From positions 90,001 to 122,000 of the forward strand of contig NZ_OZ060386.1 of the NCBI RefSeq assembly GCF_964059055.1: DNA of 32,000 nucleotides, written 5' to 3'. Shown here piece after piece: positions 10,022 through 19,441 of this stretch (position 1 is the stretch's first letter; every line of letters starts with the position of its first letter). The translations under genes and the position numbers were made by a program. The notes beneath the pieces are model-generated. The model ran no database searches, was not told the origin of the DNA, and saw nothing but the letters and a program-made list of their open reading frames with translations. Source of the DNA: Buchnera aphidicola (Neophyllaphis podocarpi) (lineage in GTDB: Bacteria; Pseudomonadota; Gammaproteobacteria; Enterobacterales; Enterobacteriaceae).

Positions 10022-11659
10022 ATGATAAAACATAAAAAAGAGAAAATGATTGTAACTTGTGCTTTGCCTTATGCAAATGGTCCTATTCATCTAGGGCATA
10101 TTTTAGAGCATGTTCAGGCTGATATTTGGGTTAAATACAATAGAATGTTAGGTAATGAAGTTTGGTTTATATGTGCTGATGATAGTCATGGTACTCCTAT
10201 AATGCTAAAAGCTGATGAGATTGGAATAAAACCTAAAATTTTAATAGATAATGTTTTAATTGATCATAAAAAAGATTTTAGTTCTTTTAATATCGCTTAT
10301 GATAATTATCATTCTACTCATAGTTTTGATAATTTATTACTTCTAAAAAAAATATATTTTAAATTAAAGAATCTTAATTTAATAAAAGAAAAAAAAGTTC
10401 TACAATTTTTTGATAATAAAAAAAAAATGTTTTTACCTGATAGATTAATTAAAGGTATTTGTCCTATTTGTAGAGCGATAGATCAATATGGAGATGCATG
10501 TGAATCTTGTGGTTCAATATATAATGCTCTTGAACTTATAAAACCAATATCCGTTTTAACTAATCAGACTCCAATACTATGTAATTCTACTCATCTGTTT
10601 TTTGATTTACCTTTTTTTTCTAAATTTTTAAAAAATTGGGTTTTTTCCGGTGTTTTACAAGATTCTGTTTCTAACAAAATATCTGAATGGTTTAAAAGTG
10701 GTTTGAAACAGTGGGATATATCAAGAGATGCCCCTTATTTTGGTTTCAAAATACCTAATTATCCAGGTAAATTTTTTTATGTTTGGTTAGATGCTACTAT
10801 AGGTTATATAAGTACTTTTAAAAATTTATGCAACAAAAATAAAAATTTATACTTTGATGAATTTTGGTGCAAAAATTCTAAAAGTAAATTATATCATTTT
10901 ATTGGAAAAGATATAATTTATTTTCATGGTTTATTTTGGCCTGCAATATTAGAAGCTATTAATTTTCGCAAACCTACAAAAATATTTGTACATGGTTATT
11001 TAAATATAAATAATATAAAATTATCTAAATCTAAAGGTTACTTTATTAAAGCTAGAGATTTTACTAAATATTTAGATTCAGATTGTTTAAGATATTATTA
11101 TGCTACTAAATCATCATCTAATATTAATGATATAAATATTGATTTATATGATTTAATGTATAGATTTAATTCTGATATTGTAAATAAATTAGTTAATTTA
11201 GCTTCTAGAAGTGTTTCTTTTATTAATAAATATTTTAATAATTATTTATCTGAAAAATTAGAGGATCCTAATTTATATATATTTTTTATTGATAATATAA
11301 AATATATCAAAACATGTTTCAGCAATAGAAATTTTAAATTAGTTACAAAAAAAGTCATGGTTTTAACTGATACAGCTAATAAGTATTTTGATGATTTAAA
11401 ACCTTGGAGTTTAATAAATAAAAATAATGAAAATTATTTGCATAACATATGCTCTATGACTGTAAATTTATTTAAAGTGTTAATAACATTTTTAGTTCCT
11501 ATAATGCCCAATTTAGCAAATAAATCATCAAAAATGTTAAAATCTAAATTAACTTTTAATAATTTACATATTCCTTTACTATCACATAGAATTTCGAAAT
11601 TTAAGTTTTTATGTAAACGTATTGATTATAATACTATTAATTTAATTTTAAAAAAATAA
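10022..11659 (+). CDS. metG: methionyl-tRNA synthetase (short form, no C-terminal tRNA-binding/dimerisation domain)
   Basis: VTCALPYANGPIHLGH (HIGH region), the zinc knuckle CPICRAIDQYGDACESCG, KLSKSKG (KMSKS), and WDISRDAPYFGF. It is 545 aa versus ~677 in E. coli. Confidence 0.95.
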   Translation: MIKHKKEKMIVTCALPYANGPIHLGHILEHVQADIWVKYNRMLGNEVWFICADDSHGTPIMLKADEIGIKPKILIDNVLIDHKKDFSSFNIAYDNYHSTHSFDNLLLLKKIYFKLKNLNLIKEKKVLQFFDNKKKMFLPDRLIKGICPICRAIDQYGDACESCGSIYNALELIKPISVLTNQTPILCNSTHLFFDLPFFSKFLKNWVFSGVLQDSVSNKISEWFKSGLKQWDISRDAPYFGFKIPNYPGKFFYVWLDATIGYISTFKNLCNKNKNLYFDEFWCKNSKSKLYHFIGKDIIYFHGLFWPAILEAINFRKPTKIFVHGYLNINNIKLSKSKGYFIKARDFTKYLDSDCLRYYYATKSSSNINDINIDLYDLMYRFNSDIVNKLVNLASRSVSFINKYFNNYLSEKLEDPNLYIFFIDNIKYIKTCFSNRNFKLVTKKVMVLTDTANKYFDDLKPWSLINKNNENYLHNICSMTVNLFKVLITFLVPIMPNLANKSSKMLKSKLTFNNLHIPLLSHRISKFKFLCKRIDYNTINLILKK

Positions 11660-11664
11660 AAGTT

Positions 11665-12975
11665 TTATATTTGATTTATATTCCAATATATATACCATTG
11701 TTTATTTTTTTTTGGTTTTCCTTCTTTTGTAATAAATTTTCCTACTGCTGCTATTAGTTTATCATCATAAAAAATTAAAGGAATACGTTGTCTATTCCAA
11801 GGAGGTACATATAATTCTTGCCAAATTTTTTTTATTTTTTTTTTGTTATTTTTACCTAAAATATTTATTTTTCCTTCTGTTATAAATCTAATGTTTACCA
11901 ATTGATTTTTTTTAGGAATTAAAATTTTTATACCTTTTTTTTTGTTTTGAGATAAATACCCTAAATTATCAATTAATTTTAATGGTTTTTTTAGATAGTG
12001 CCACATTAGAATTGTTCTTTTTATTGACTTAAATTTTTTAATCCAAAATAAACATTTATTATATCTTCTAATTTGATTATTTTTAATTATTAATTGCGGA
12101 TTTGCATCTATTTTAGAGCCTATTACTTCTTTCTTAATTATCTCTAATATTTTTTTTGATGGTAAAAAATTATTGTTTTTGCTAATCCATTTTTTTATTA
12201 TTGCATTTTGTTTTTCTTTACTTATTTTATTAAAATTTTTTATTTCTAATGAACCATCAGGTTTAAGATAATTTTGAAATATTTCTGATATAAATTCATT
12301 TATTAATTTTTCTTGTTCGTTGCAATTTTCGGCGCTTCTATTAACATTAACAACAAAATAAGGCCATCTATTTTTTATTAATGGTAAAATTTCATTTCTT
12401 AAAAAATTTCTATCATATTTTTTATTATAATTACTAGAATCTTCTATCCATTTTAATGAGTTTTTGTTCGCATAATTTTCTAATTCTATTTTTGTATTTT
12501 TTATTAAAGGTCTAATAATAAAATTTTTTTTATTAAAAATAGATTTATGTTTGATTCCTGATAAACCTAAAGGTCCGCTACCACGTTTTAGTGATAATAA
12601 TACAGTCTCGCATTGATCATCAATATGATGAGCTGTTAATAATATTTCTTGATGTAAAATATATTTTTTTATTAAATCGTATCTTTTTTTTCTTGCTTGA
12701 TCTTGAATATTTCCATTTTTTTTATTTATAAAAATTTTTTTAGTAATTAAATATACCTGTTTTTTTTTGCATTCTTTAATACAGTGTTCTTCCCATTTGT
12801 CTGAATTTTTATTTAAATTATGATTTATGTGTATTGCTCTTATTTTTATCCTTTTGTTTATATTTCTTATTTTAGTTAATTTATCTAATAAAACAGTAGA
12901 ATCCAAACCTCCACTGTATGCTATTAAAAAATAGTGATTCAATTTTTTATTTTTTTTTATTATATTTTCTATCAA
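11665..12975 (-). CDS. tilS: tRNA(Ile)-lysidine synthase
   Basis: 436 aa with the N-terminal PP-loop SGGLDSTVLL, then LTAHHIDDQCETVLL and RGSG. It is convergent with metG, and their stops are 5 bp apart. Confidence 0.9.
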   Translation of the reverse strand: MIENIIKKNKKLNHYFLIAYSGGLDSTVLLDKLTKIRNINKRIKIRAIHINHNLNKNSDKWEEHCIKECKKKQVYLITKKIFINKKNGNIQDQARKKRYDLIKKYILHQEILLTAHHIDDQCETVLLSLKRGSGPLGLSGIKHKSIFNKKNFIIRPLIKNTKIELENYANKNSLKWIEDSSNYNKKYDRNFLRNEILPLIKNRWPYFVVNVNRSAENCNEQEKLINEFISEIFQNYLKPDGSLEIKNFNKISKEKQNAIIKKWISKNNNFLPSKKILEIIKKEVIGSKIDANPQLIIKNNQIRRYNKCLFWIKKFKSIKRTILMWHYLKKPLKLIDNLGYLSQNKKKGIKILIPKKNQLVNIRFITEGKINILGKNNKKKIKKIWQELYVPPWNRQRIPLIFYDDKLIAAVGKFITKEGKPKKNKQWYIYWNINQI

Positions 12976-13059
12976 ATTTAATCCAATAGTATTTTAGTTT
13001 TTCATAAAATAAATAATTTATTATGTTTTTTTAACTTAAAACATATACTATTTGTATTT

Positions 13060-13132
13060 TACGTACGAATGGATTTGAACCATTGACCTCTATTATGTCA
13101 TAATAGCGCTCTACCAACTGAGCTACGCACGC
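13060..13132 (-). tRNA. tRNA-Val (anticodon GAC), 3' CCA not encoded
   Basis: The reverse complement folds as a cloverleaf. Acceptor GCGTGCG/CGTACGT (two G.U pairs), D arm GCTC-AGTTGGTA-GAGC, and anticodon arm CTATT-ATGACAT-AATAG (GAC is the complement of 13097-13099). Variable loop AGGTC and T arm AATGG-TTCAAAT-CCATT. After A73 the genome reads AAA, not CCA. Confidence 0.9.
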
Positions 13133-13232
13133 AATTATTTATTTGTTTTATTTAAATAAATATAATTTATAACAAATAATGAAATTTATTTCAATAATAA
13201 TATTTGTTTAAAAAATAAAGGATTTTATCAAT

Positions 13233-13838
13233 ATGTTTACTGGTATTGTACAAGGTATAGCTAAAGTAGTTTCTATTATTCACAAAAATAATTTTTCTGA
13301 ATACAAAATTTTATTTTCTAATCATTTATTACAAAATATTAATTTAGGTTCTTCTGTTTCTTTGAATGGATGTTGTTTAACTGTAACTAATGTTAATCAT
13401 AATTATGTTAGTTTTAATGTTATAAAAGAAACTTTGTCATTAACTAATCTTATTAATTTAATACCTAATGATTTATTAAATATAGAAAGATCTGTAAAAT
13501 TAGGCGATGAAATTGGTGGTCATATAGTTACTGGTCATATTATGAATAAAATTGCTATTATAGATATAGAAAGATCTAACAATGTTTCTAAGATAGTTTT
13601 AGAATTAACAAATCCTTTATTAAAAAAATATGTTTTTTATAAAGGTTTTATTTGTTTAGATGGTATAAGTTTAACAGTATCTGATTTATCAAATAATAGC
13701 TTTTCTGTTAATTTAATTCCTGAAACTATAAAAAGAACAACTTTATATAATAAAAATATAGGAGATTTTGTTAATATAGAAATAGATTATTTTTCTCAAT
13801 TAATTGTAGATACTACATTTAGATTAAATAAAAAATAA
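13233..13838 (+). CDS. ribE: riboflavin synthase (alpha chain)
   Basis: MFTGIVQGIAKVVSI, NGCCLTV, GDEIGGHIVTGHI, DGISLTV, LIPETIKRTTL and VNIEID form the typical duplicated lumazine-binding repeats, colinear with recalled E. coli RibE/RibC. Confidence 0.94.
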   Translation: MFTGIVQGIAKVVSIIHKNNFSEYKILFSNHLLQNINLGSSVSLNGCCLTVTNVNHNYVSFNVIKETLSLTNLINLIPNDLLNIERSVKLGDEIGGHIVTGHIMNKIAIIDIERSNNVSKIVLELTNPLLKKYVFYKGFICLDGISLTVSDLSNNSFSVNLIPETIKRTTLYNKNIGDFVNIEIDYFSQLIVDTTFRLNKK

Positions 13839-14132
13839 TTAACTTCTTTTATTTTATAATTATTTAATATTATTTTTTATAATATGTATTTTTAGATTTA
13901 AAGTTTTTCAAATTCTATTGATTTAGCATTTTTAATTTTAAGTAAATAAAACATTATTTTAAATAAATTACTTTTTTTTGAATAAAATTTTTGATAAAAC
14001 TGATTAGTTTTTAGATTTTTTTATAATAAATAATAACTATTTTATAATTTTTATTTTGTTATATTAGTTTTTAAGATTTATTTATAAAATTTTTAATTCC
14101 ATTTGTTTTCTTAGAAATATGTAGAGTTTATC

Positions 14133-14765
14133 ATGAATGAAAAAAAAATATGTAATATTTTATCCTTAATGTATAAAAAAAATCCTAAACCAACAGTAGG
14201 TTTATTATTTAATTCAGATTTTGAATTGTTAATCTCTTTAATTTTGTCTCCTAGATCAACTGATATTTCTGTAAATAAAATAACAAAAAAAATATTTGAT
14301 ATTGCAAGAACTCCTTATAAAATATATTCTATAGGTATCAATAATCTTAAAACATATATTAAAACAATAGGTTTATATAATAAAAAATCATCTAATATTA
14401 TTCAAACTTGTAAAATTATAATAGAAAAATATAATGGTAAAATTCCTAATAATCGTAAAGATTTAGAAAATTTACCAGGTGTTGGTAGAAAAATATCTAA
14501 TATATTTCTAAATGTTTTGCATAATTTACCTTTAATAGCTGTAGATACACATGTTTTACGTGTATCTAATAGATTGGGTTTAACTAATAGCACCAATACT
14601 AAAATAGTTGAATCTAAATTAACAGATATTATACCTTTAAGATATAAAATGAACTTACATAATTTGTTTGTTTCTTTTGGTAAAAAAATTTGTTATTCAA
14701 GAAAACCTAAATGCAAAATTTGTTTTTTATACGTTATGTGTGAGTATAAAAATAAAAACTATTAA
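14133..14765 (+). CDS. nth: endonuclease III
   Basis: FELLISLILSPRSTD, HhH-GPD LPGVGRKISNI (catalytic Lys), AVDTHVLRV (catalytic Asp), and the C-terminal 4Fe-4S ligands C-x6-C-x2-C-x5-C (CYSRKPKCKICFLYVMC). Confidence 0.94.
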   Translation: MNEKKICNILSLMYKKNPKPTVGLLFNSDFELLISLILSPRSTDISVNKITKKIFDIARTPYKIYSIGINNLKTYIKTIGLYNKKSSNIIQTCKIIIEKYNGKIPNNRKDLENLPGVGRKISNIFLNVLHNLPLIAVDTHVLRVSNRLGLTNSTNTKIVESKLTDIIPLRYKMNLHNLFVSFGKKICYSRKPKCKICFLYVMCEYKNKNY

Positions 14766-14772
14766 ACAATAA

Positions 14773-17316
14773 GTAATTTTTCTAAGAATTAATAATTATA
14801 AATATTATTTTATTTATTTTACCTATAAAATAGTAAAAATTTTTTATAAACTATATAAAAATATCAAACCTATTATAGGTTCTAGATTTATAGTGCTTTT
14901 TAATAATAGAAAAATATTTGGTATTATAATAGGTATTACTGAAATATAGTAACTTAACATTAAAAATAAAATATATTGAATATTTAATTGATAGATCTTT
15001 TATTTATTCTAAAAAAATGAATTTTTTGCATTTTTCTGATGATAATTATCATTATCTTTTTAATTTTTTTTATTTGATTGTATGCCTTTATGATTAAAAA
15101 GAATTATAAAATTGAGGATTTTTTTATATTACAATAGAAGATTATTTATCTAGGTTACTGTGTAGATTTGCAAAATTTTAAAAATACTTAAAAATTTAAA
15201 ATATTATCAATCTTAAATAAATTAATAGTATATTGCAATAAAATCAAAAGATATAAATTAAGTATAAAAGTTTTTCACTAACTTTAAGATAAGATTTTAT
15301 TTTATGTAATAAATTATAAACATGATTATAATTATATAAAATATGTTATTAATTTTATTAAATTAGATAATTTTTTATAAAAAAGTTATTTTTATATTAA
15401 ATAAAATATTCGATAAATATAAGTATTTTTATGCTTAATTGATAATAGGTATTGATTATCAATTCAAATTAAAAATTAAATTTTATTTTAATAAAATATT
15501 TTATAATTAAAGAATTACAGATATTAAGTGTATTACCTCATATATATCAGATTTTAGATTTATTAAATTATTTTACTAATAATATTAATGTTCCTATTGA
15601 TGTTATATATATTAAGTTAGATAATTAAGATTTTTTATCTTCTTAGAATATATCTAAAGATAGATAAAATACAATTATTGTATTTATACTTTTTCTATTT
15701 TTATTTCTATTTTAAGATTAGGAATAATTATTACTCATTATTATTATAATATAATTTATAAAAATACATCTAATTTTCTTTATAATACACGTGATTTATT
15801 CTATATCAAGAGCTTTTATATAAGATATACCAATGTTTTAACTTCTCTAACATTTTTTTTAGATATTATTAATAATATTATTAAAAATAAATTTTATAAT
15901 TTTAATTTAGATATTTTATTAAAATTAAATTGTATGAGTTTTCATTTTAAAAAGATTATAGATATTAAATCTACAAGACTTAAATATAGTTTATCTAATA
16001 ATTTGATAAACGAAATTGAATATAATTTAAAATTAGATTTTAATATTTTATTGTTATATTAATCTAATTATTTTTTATATTTTTGGTATATTTTTTATTA
16101 AATATGATTATATATTATAATTCTTGTTATAATTTTATGTATTATAATCATTGTATAGTTTATTTTCCTATACCTTTCAATTATATCAACTGTAATTTTT
16201 CTAAAATTTCTATTCATAAATTGAAAATTAATATATTATTAATGATTTAATTATTAATGGTAAAATAATTAAAAATATTATTTTTTATAACTAATAATTC
16301 TATTTATAAAGAAATATTTTTAGAAAATTATTTTTTTTACAAATAATTATAATAATTAATTTAAATTAATTTCTTTTGTATGTATAAAATCTTATTTATA
16401 TCAATATAACTATAGATATACAGAATATTTTTTCAGTTTTGTTTTTTTCAATAAATGAAATAAAAGATTTTAAAGATATAATTATACAAACTTATGATAA
16501 AAATTATATTTTTTGATAAAATAATTCAAAAAATATAATTATAAAAAATTTTTTAGCTTTTTATTAATTCATAAAAAGTATATAATTTATTACTTTTTAA
16601 TCATATTATTATCCAATTTTTTGTTATTAAGTTATTTTTATTTTTTTTAAAAAACAATTATTTTTATGAAAAATTGAATCTTTCATATTTCTGGATTATT
16701 GTTCTTATCCAATTGTTTCTATCAAATATAACAAAAAGTATTAATTAAATTTATTAGTTCAACATTTTTAACATATTTATTTACATTAATTATTTAACAA
16801 GATTATACCTTATGTAAATTTATCTTATATATCAAGAAAAATTTCTTAGTATTTAAATATCGATCCTATCCAATAATTATTTTAATTTATATTTAAATTT
16901 ATTTTTTATTAGAATTTAATTCTATGAAATTTGAAAAAATATATAGTTTTAAACATTAATGTTTTAATATAGAATTAATAAAAAATTTATCTATTGATAC
17001 TTTAGTTTTATTTTATAGTTGTTTTATATAAATTTATAATTATTGATATTATTGTTTTAATATTACGATTTTATCTATTATGAATAATTTTAATAAAGTC
17101 TATAAAAGAACTATATTATTAAAAAATATATTTGCAATAAATAGCATTACGTTTTTGTATAAATTTACATAATTAAAATTTAAAAATATAAAATTAAATG
17201 CTTATGTTAGTATATTATTTCTATAAATATATGTTTTTTAAGCAATTTGTTATTAAAATTATTGCTAAAAAATTAATGTTAAATAAAATAATAAGTATCT
17301 TTATTAAAGATCTATA
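14773..17316 (+). pseudogene. priA: eroded priA (primosomal protein N' / replication-restart helicase) pseudogene; 3' boundary tentative
   Basis: No ORF of 60 aa or more on either strand. Out-of-frame fragments are colinear with recalled E. coli PriA: 14854-14946 KNIKPIIGSRFIVLFNNRKIFGIIIGITEI*; 14951-15094 ...FLHFSDDNYHY...; 15448-15471 GIDYQFKL in place of Walker A GVTGSGKT. 15521-15625 reads ILSVLPHIYQ...NVPIDVIYIKLDN*. 15664-16059 reads ...LGIIITHYYYNIIYK...RDL...VLTSLTF...IDIKS...NILLLY* (DEEH box destroyed). Weaker matches occur near 16080-16290, 16497-16535 and 17107-17124. Confidence 0.85.
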
Positions 17317-17589
17317 AATAGTCAAATTAGTTCTTAGTTATTTAAATAATCATAATTTTTATATAGTATAACTATATAAGATAAAAGATTTTTTATTTTA
17401 AATAAATAATTTAAAAATAAAATTTGTATAATTTTTACTTATTTTTATGGAAAATTAAGTCTTATATTAAAGAAATTTAATTTTGTTAAGGTAGAAATAA
17501 TTATTTATATTATCATTTATTATAGAGATAAATTAAATTGAAAAACTAAATTTTTATTTGATTGATATTTTAATAAAGGAAAATATTTT

Positions 17590-18852
17590 ATGAAAAATAT
17601 TTTGGATGATTTTAAGTCTAGAAATTTGATTTATCAAATTTCAGATTACAAATATATTAATTTAAAATTATTACATAATTCTATTAAATTATATTGTGGT
17701 TTTGATCCTACTTCTGATAGTTTGCATGTAGGTCATTTATTACCTATTATATGTTTAAAAAGATTTCAAATTTTTAATCATAAACCTATTATTTTATTAG
17801 GAGGTGCTACTAGTTTAATCGGAGATCCTAGTTTTAAAAATAAAGAACGAAAATTATTTGAAGTTGATAAAATTATTTCATGGTCTAAAAATATTAACAA
17901 TCAATTAAATTTTTTATTTAGATCTCAAAAAGAAAATAACAAAGTAACAATTATAAACAATTACAATTGGTTTAAGAAAATTAATTTATTGGAATTTTTA
18001 AGAGACGTGGGTAAAGTTTTTTCTATTAGTAAATTAATTAACAAAGATTCAGTTAAACAAAGAATTAATCGTTTAGATCAAGGGATTTCTTTTGCTGAAT
18101 TTTCATATAATTTACTTCAAAGTTATGATTTTTTTTGGCTTAGAAAAAAATATGGAGTTATTTTACAAATTGGCGGATCTGATCAATGGGGTAATATTAC
18201 TTCCGGTATATATTTAACTAGACGTTTATATAATAAAAAAGTTTTTGGATTAACTATGCCTTTAATATTAAAATCAAACGGCATAAAGTTTGGTAAAAGT
18301 GAAAAAGATAACATATGGTTGGATTCTAACAAAACTAGTCCATATAAATTTTATCAATTTTGGATTAATGTTTCAGATTCTGATGTTTTTAATTTTTTGA
18401 AGTTTTTTACTTTTATAGATATTTTATATATTTTATCTTTAGAACAAAATAAGACATATTCTAATATAATTATTGCAAAATCTTTATTAGCTTATGAAAT
18501 TACTAAATTAGTACATGGTAAAATTGCTGCAAAATCAGCTAAACGTATAAGTAATAATATATTCTATAATAATATTAATGATTTTTTAGAATCAGATTTT
18601 GAGCAATTAAAACAAGACGGTATGCCTAAAATATTTTTACATGGTCATGAAGATTTATGCCAAGTTCTTGTTGATTCCAATTTAGTCATGTCACGTAGTC
18701 GTGCTAAAAATATGATAGAATCTAACTCTATTTATATAAATAATAGAAAAGAAACAAACTATAGATATACTTTTAATATAAATGATAAATTATTTAAAAA
18801 GTATACAATTTTAAAAAAAGGTAAAAAAAATTTTTGTTTATTATGTTGGTGA
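17590..18852 (+). CDS. tyrS: tyrosyl-tRNA synthetase
   Basis: 420 aa with LYCGFDPTSDSLHVGHL (HIGH), GGATSLIGDPSFK, QIGGSDQWGNI, KFGKSE (KMSKS) and a C-terminal S4-like domain. Confidence 0.95.
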   Translation: MKNILDDFKSRNLIYQISDYKYINLKLLHNSIKLYCGFDPTSDSLHVGHLLPIICLKRFQIFNHKPIILLGGATSLIGDPSFKNKERKLFEVDKIISWSKNINNQLNFLFRSQKENNKVTIINNYNWFKKINLLEFLRDVGKVFSISKLINKDSVKQRINRLDQGISFAEFSYNLLQSYDFFWLRKKYGVILQIGGSDQWGNITSGIYLTRRLYNKKVFGLTMPLILKSNGIKFGKSEKDNIWLDSNKTSPYKFYQFWINVSDSDVFNFLKFFTFIDILYILSLEQNKTYSNIIIAKSLLAYEITKLVHGKIAAKSAKRISNNIFYNNINDFLESDFEQLKQDGMPKIFLHGHEDLCQVLVDSNLVMSRSRAKNMIESNSIYINNRKETNYRYTFNINDKLFKKYTILKKGKKNFCLLCW

Positions 18853-18865
18853 TGATATATATATC

Positions 18866-19231
18866 TTAATATGTGTTAAAACTTTCGCCGCATCCGCAAT
18901 ATTGTGTAATTTTTGGATTTTCAAACTTAAAAGTTTTGTTTAATCCTTCTTTTATAAAATCTATTTTTGTTCCATTTATTATATTTGTTATTTTTATAGG
19001 AATAAAAATACTTATTTTTTCATATGTTATTTTTATTTCTTCTATTTTTTGATTTTTTGCTAGTTCCATTGTATAGCGAAATCCAGCACAACCAGATTTT
19101 TTAATATTTATTCTTATTCCTTGATTATTATTTTTTTTAGTTAGATATAATATTTGTTTTAAAGCTTTAGAAGTAATTTGAATACCTTTCCATTGATTAA
19201 GTTTGATTTTGTGGCTTTCTATTTTTTTCAT
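18866..19231 (-). CDS. sufA: A-type iron-sulfur cluster carrier (SufA/YdiC-like)
   Basis: 121 aa. KKSGCAGFRY and INGTKIDFIKEGLNKTFKFENPKITQYCGCGESF carry the three conserved Cys ligands and are closest in layout to recalled E. coli SufA (ydiC). It sits next to ydiK as in E. coli. Confidence 0.85.
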   Translation of the reverse strand: MKKIESHKIKLNQWKGIQITSKALKQILYLTKKNNNQGIRINIKKSGCAGFRYTMELAKNQKIEEIKITYEKISIFIPIKITNIINGTKIDFIKEGLNKTFKFENPKITQYCGCGESFNTY

Positions 19232-19441
19232 TTTTTTTTATATTAATCTATATAATAAATTTATTCTAAGATATATTTATAATATCTTCAACTAATTTAT
19301 ATTATAAATTATAATTTTGCAATTAATAATTATTTATTTTATTTTTGTTAGAAAGTTAAATTTATGTTAAATACATTATTAAGTTTTATTTAATTATTTT
19401 TAAAAACTGTGAAAAATCAACTATTGAGGACTAATTTTTAT

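Noticed and set aside
11660-11664. Terminators in the very short convergent gaps metG/tilS (5 bp) and tyrS/sufA (13 bp, 18853-18865)
   Set aside because: There is no room for a hairpin, so nothing can be annotated. Convergent read-through is plausible but not demonstrable from sequence.
14402-14596. 64-aa minus-strand ORF
   Set aside because: It is antisense inside nth, so it is a shadow ORF.
14766-17589. A possible novel system, CRISPR array, mobile element or ncRNA cluster hidden in the 2.8-kb ORF-free block
   Set aside because: There are no regularly spaced direct repeats, no terminal inverted repeats, and no transposase, integrase or cas-like frames. The block is instead accounted for by colinear PriA fragments. 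A 10-bp inverted repeat at about 15439-15466 (aattgataat / attatcaatt) overlaps the decayed Walker A region and looks incidental.
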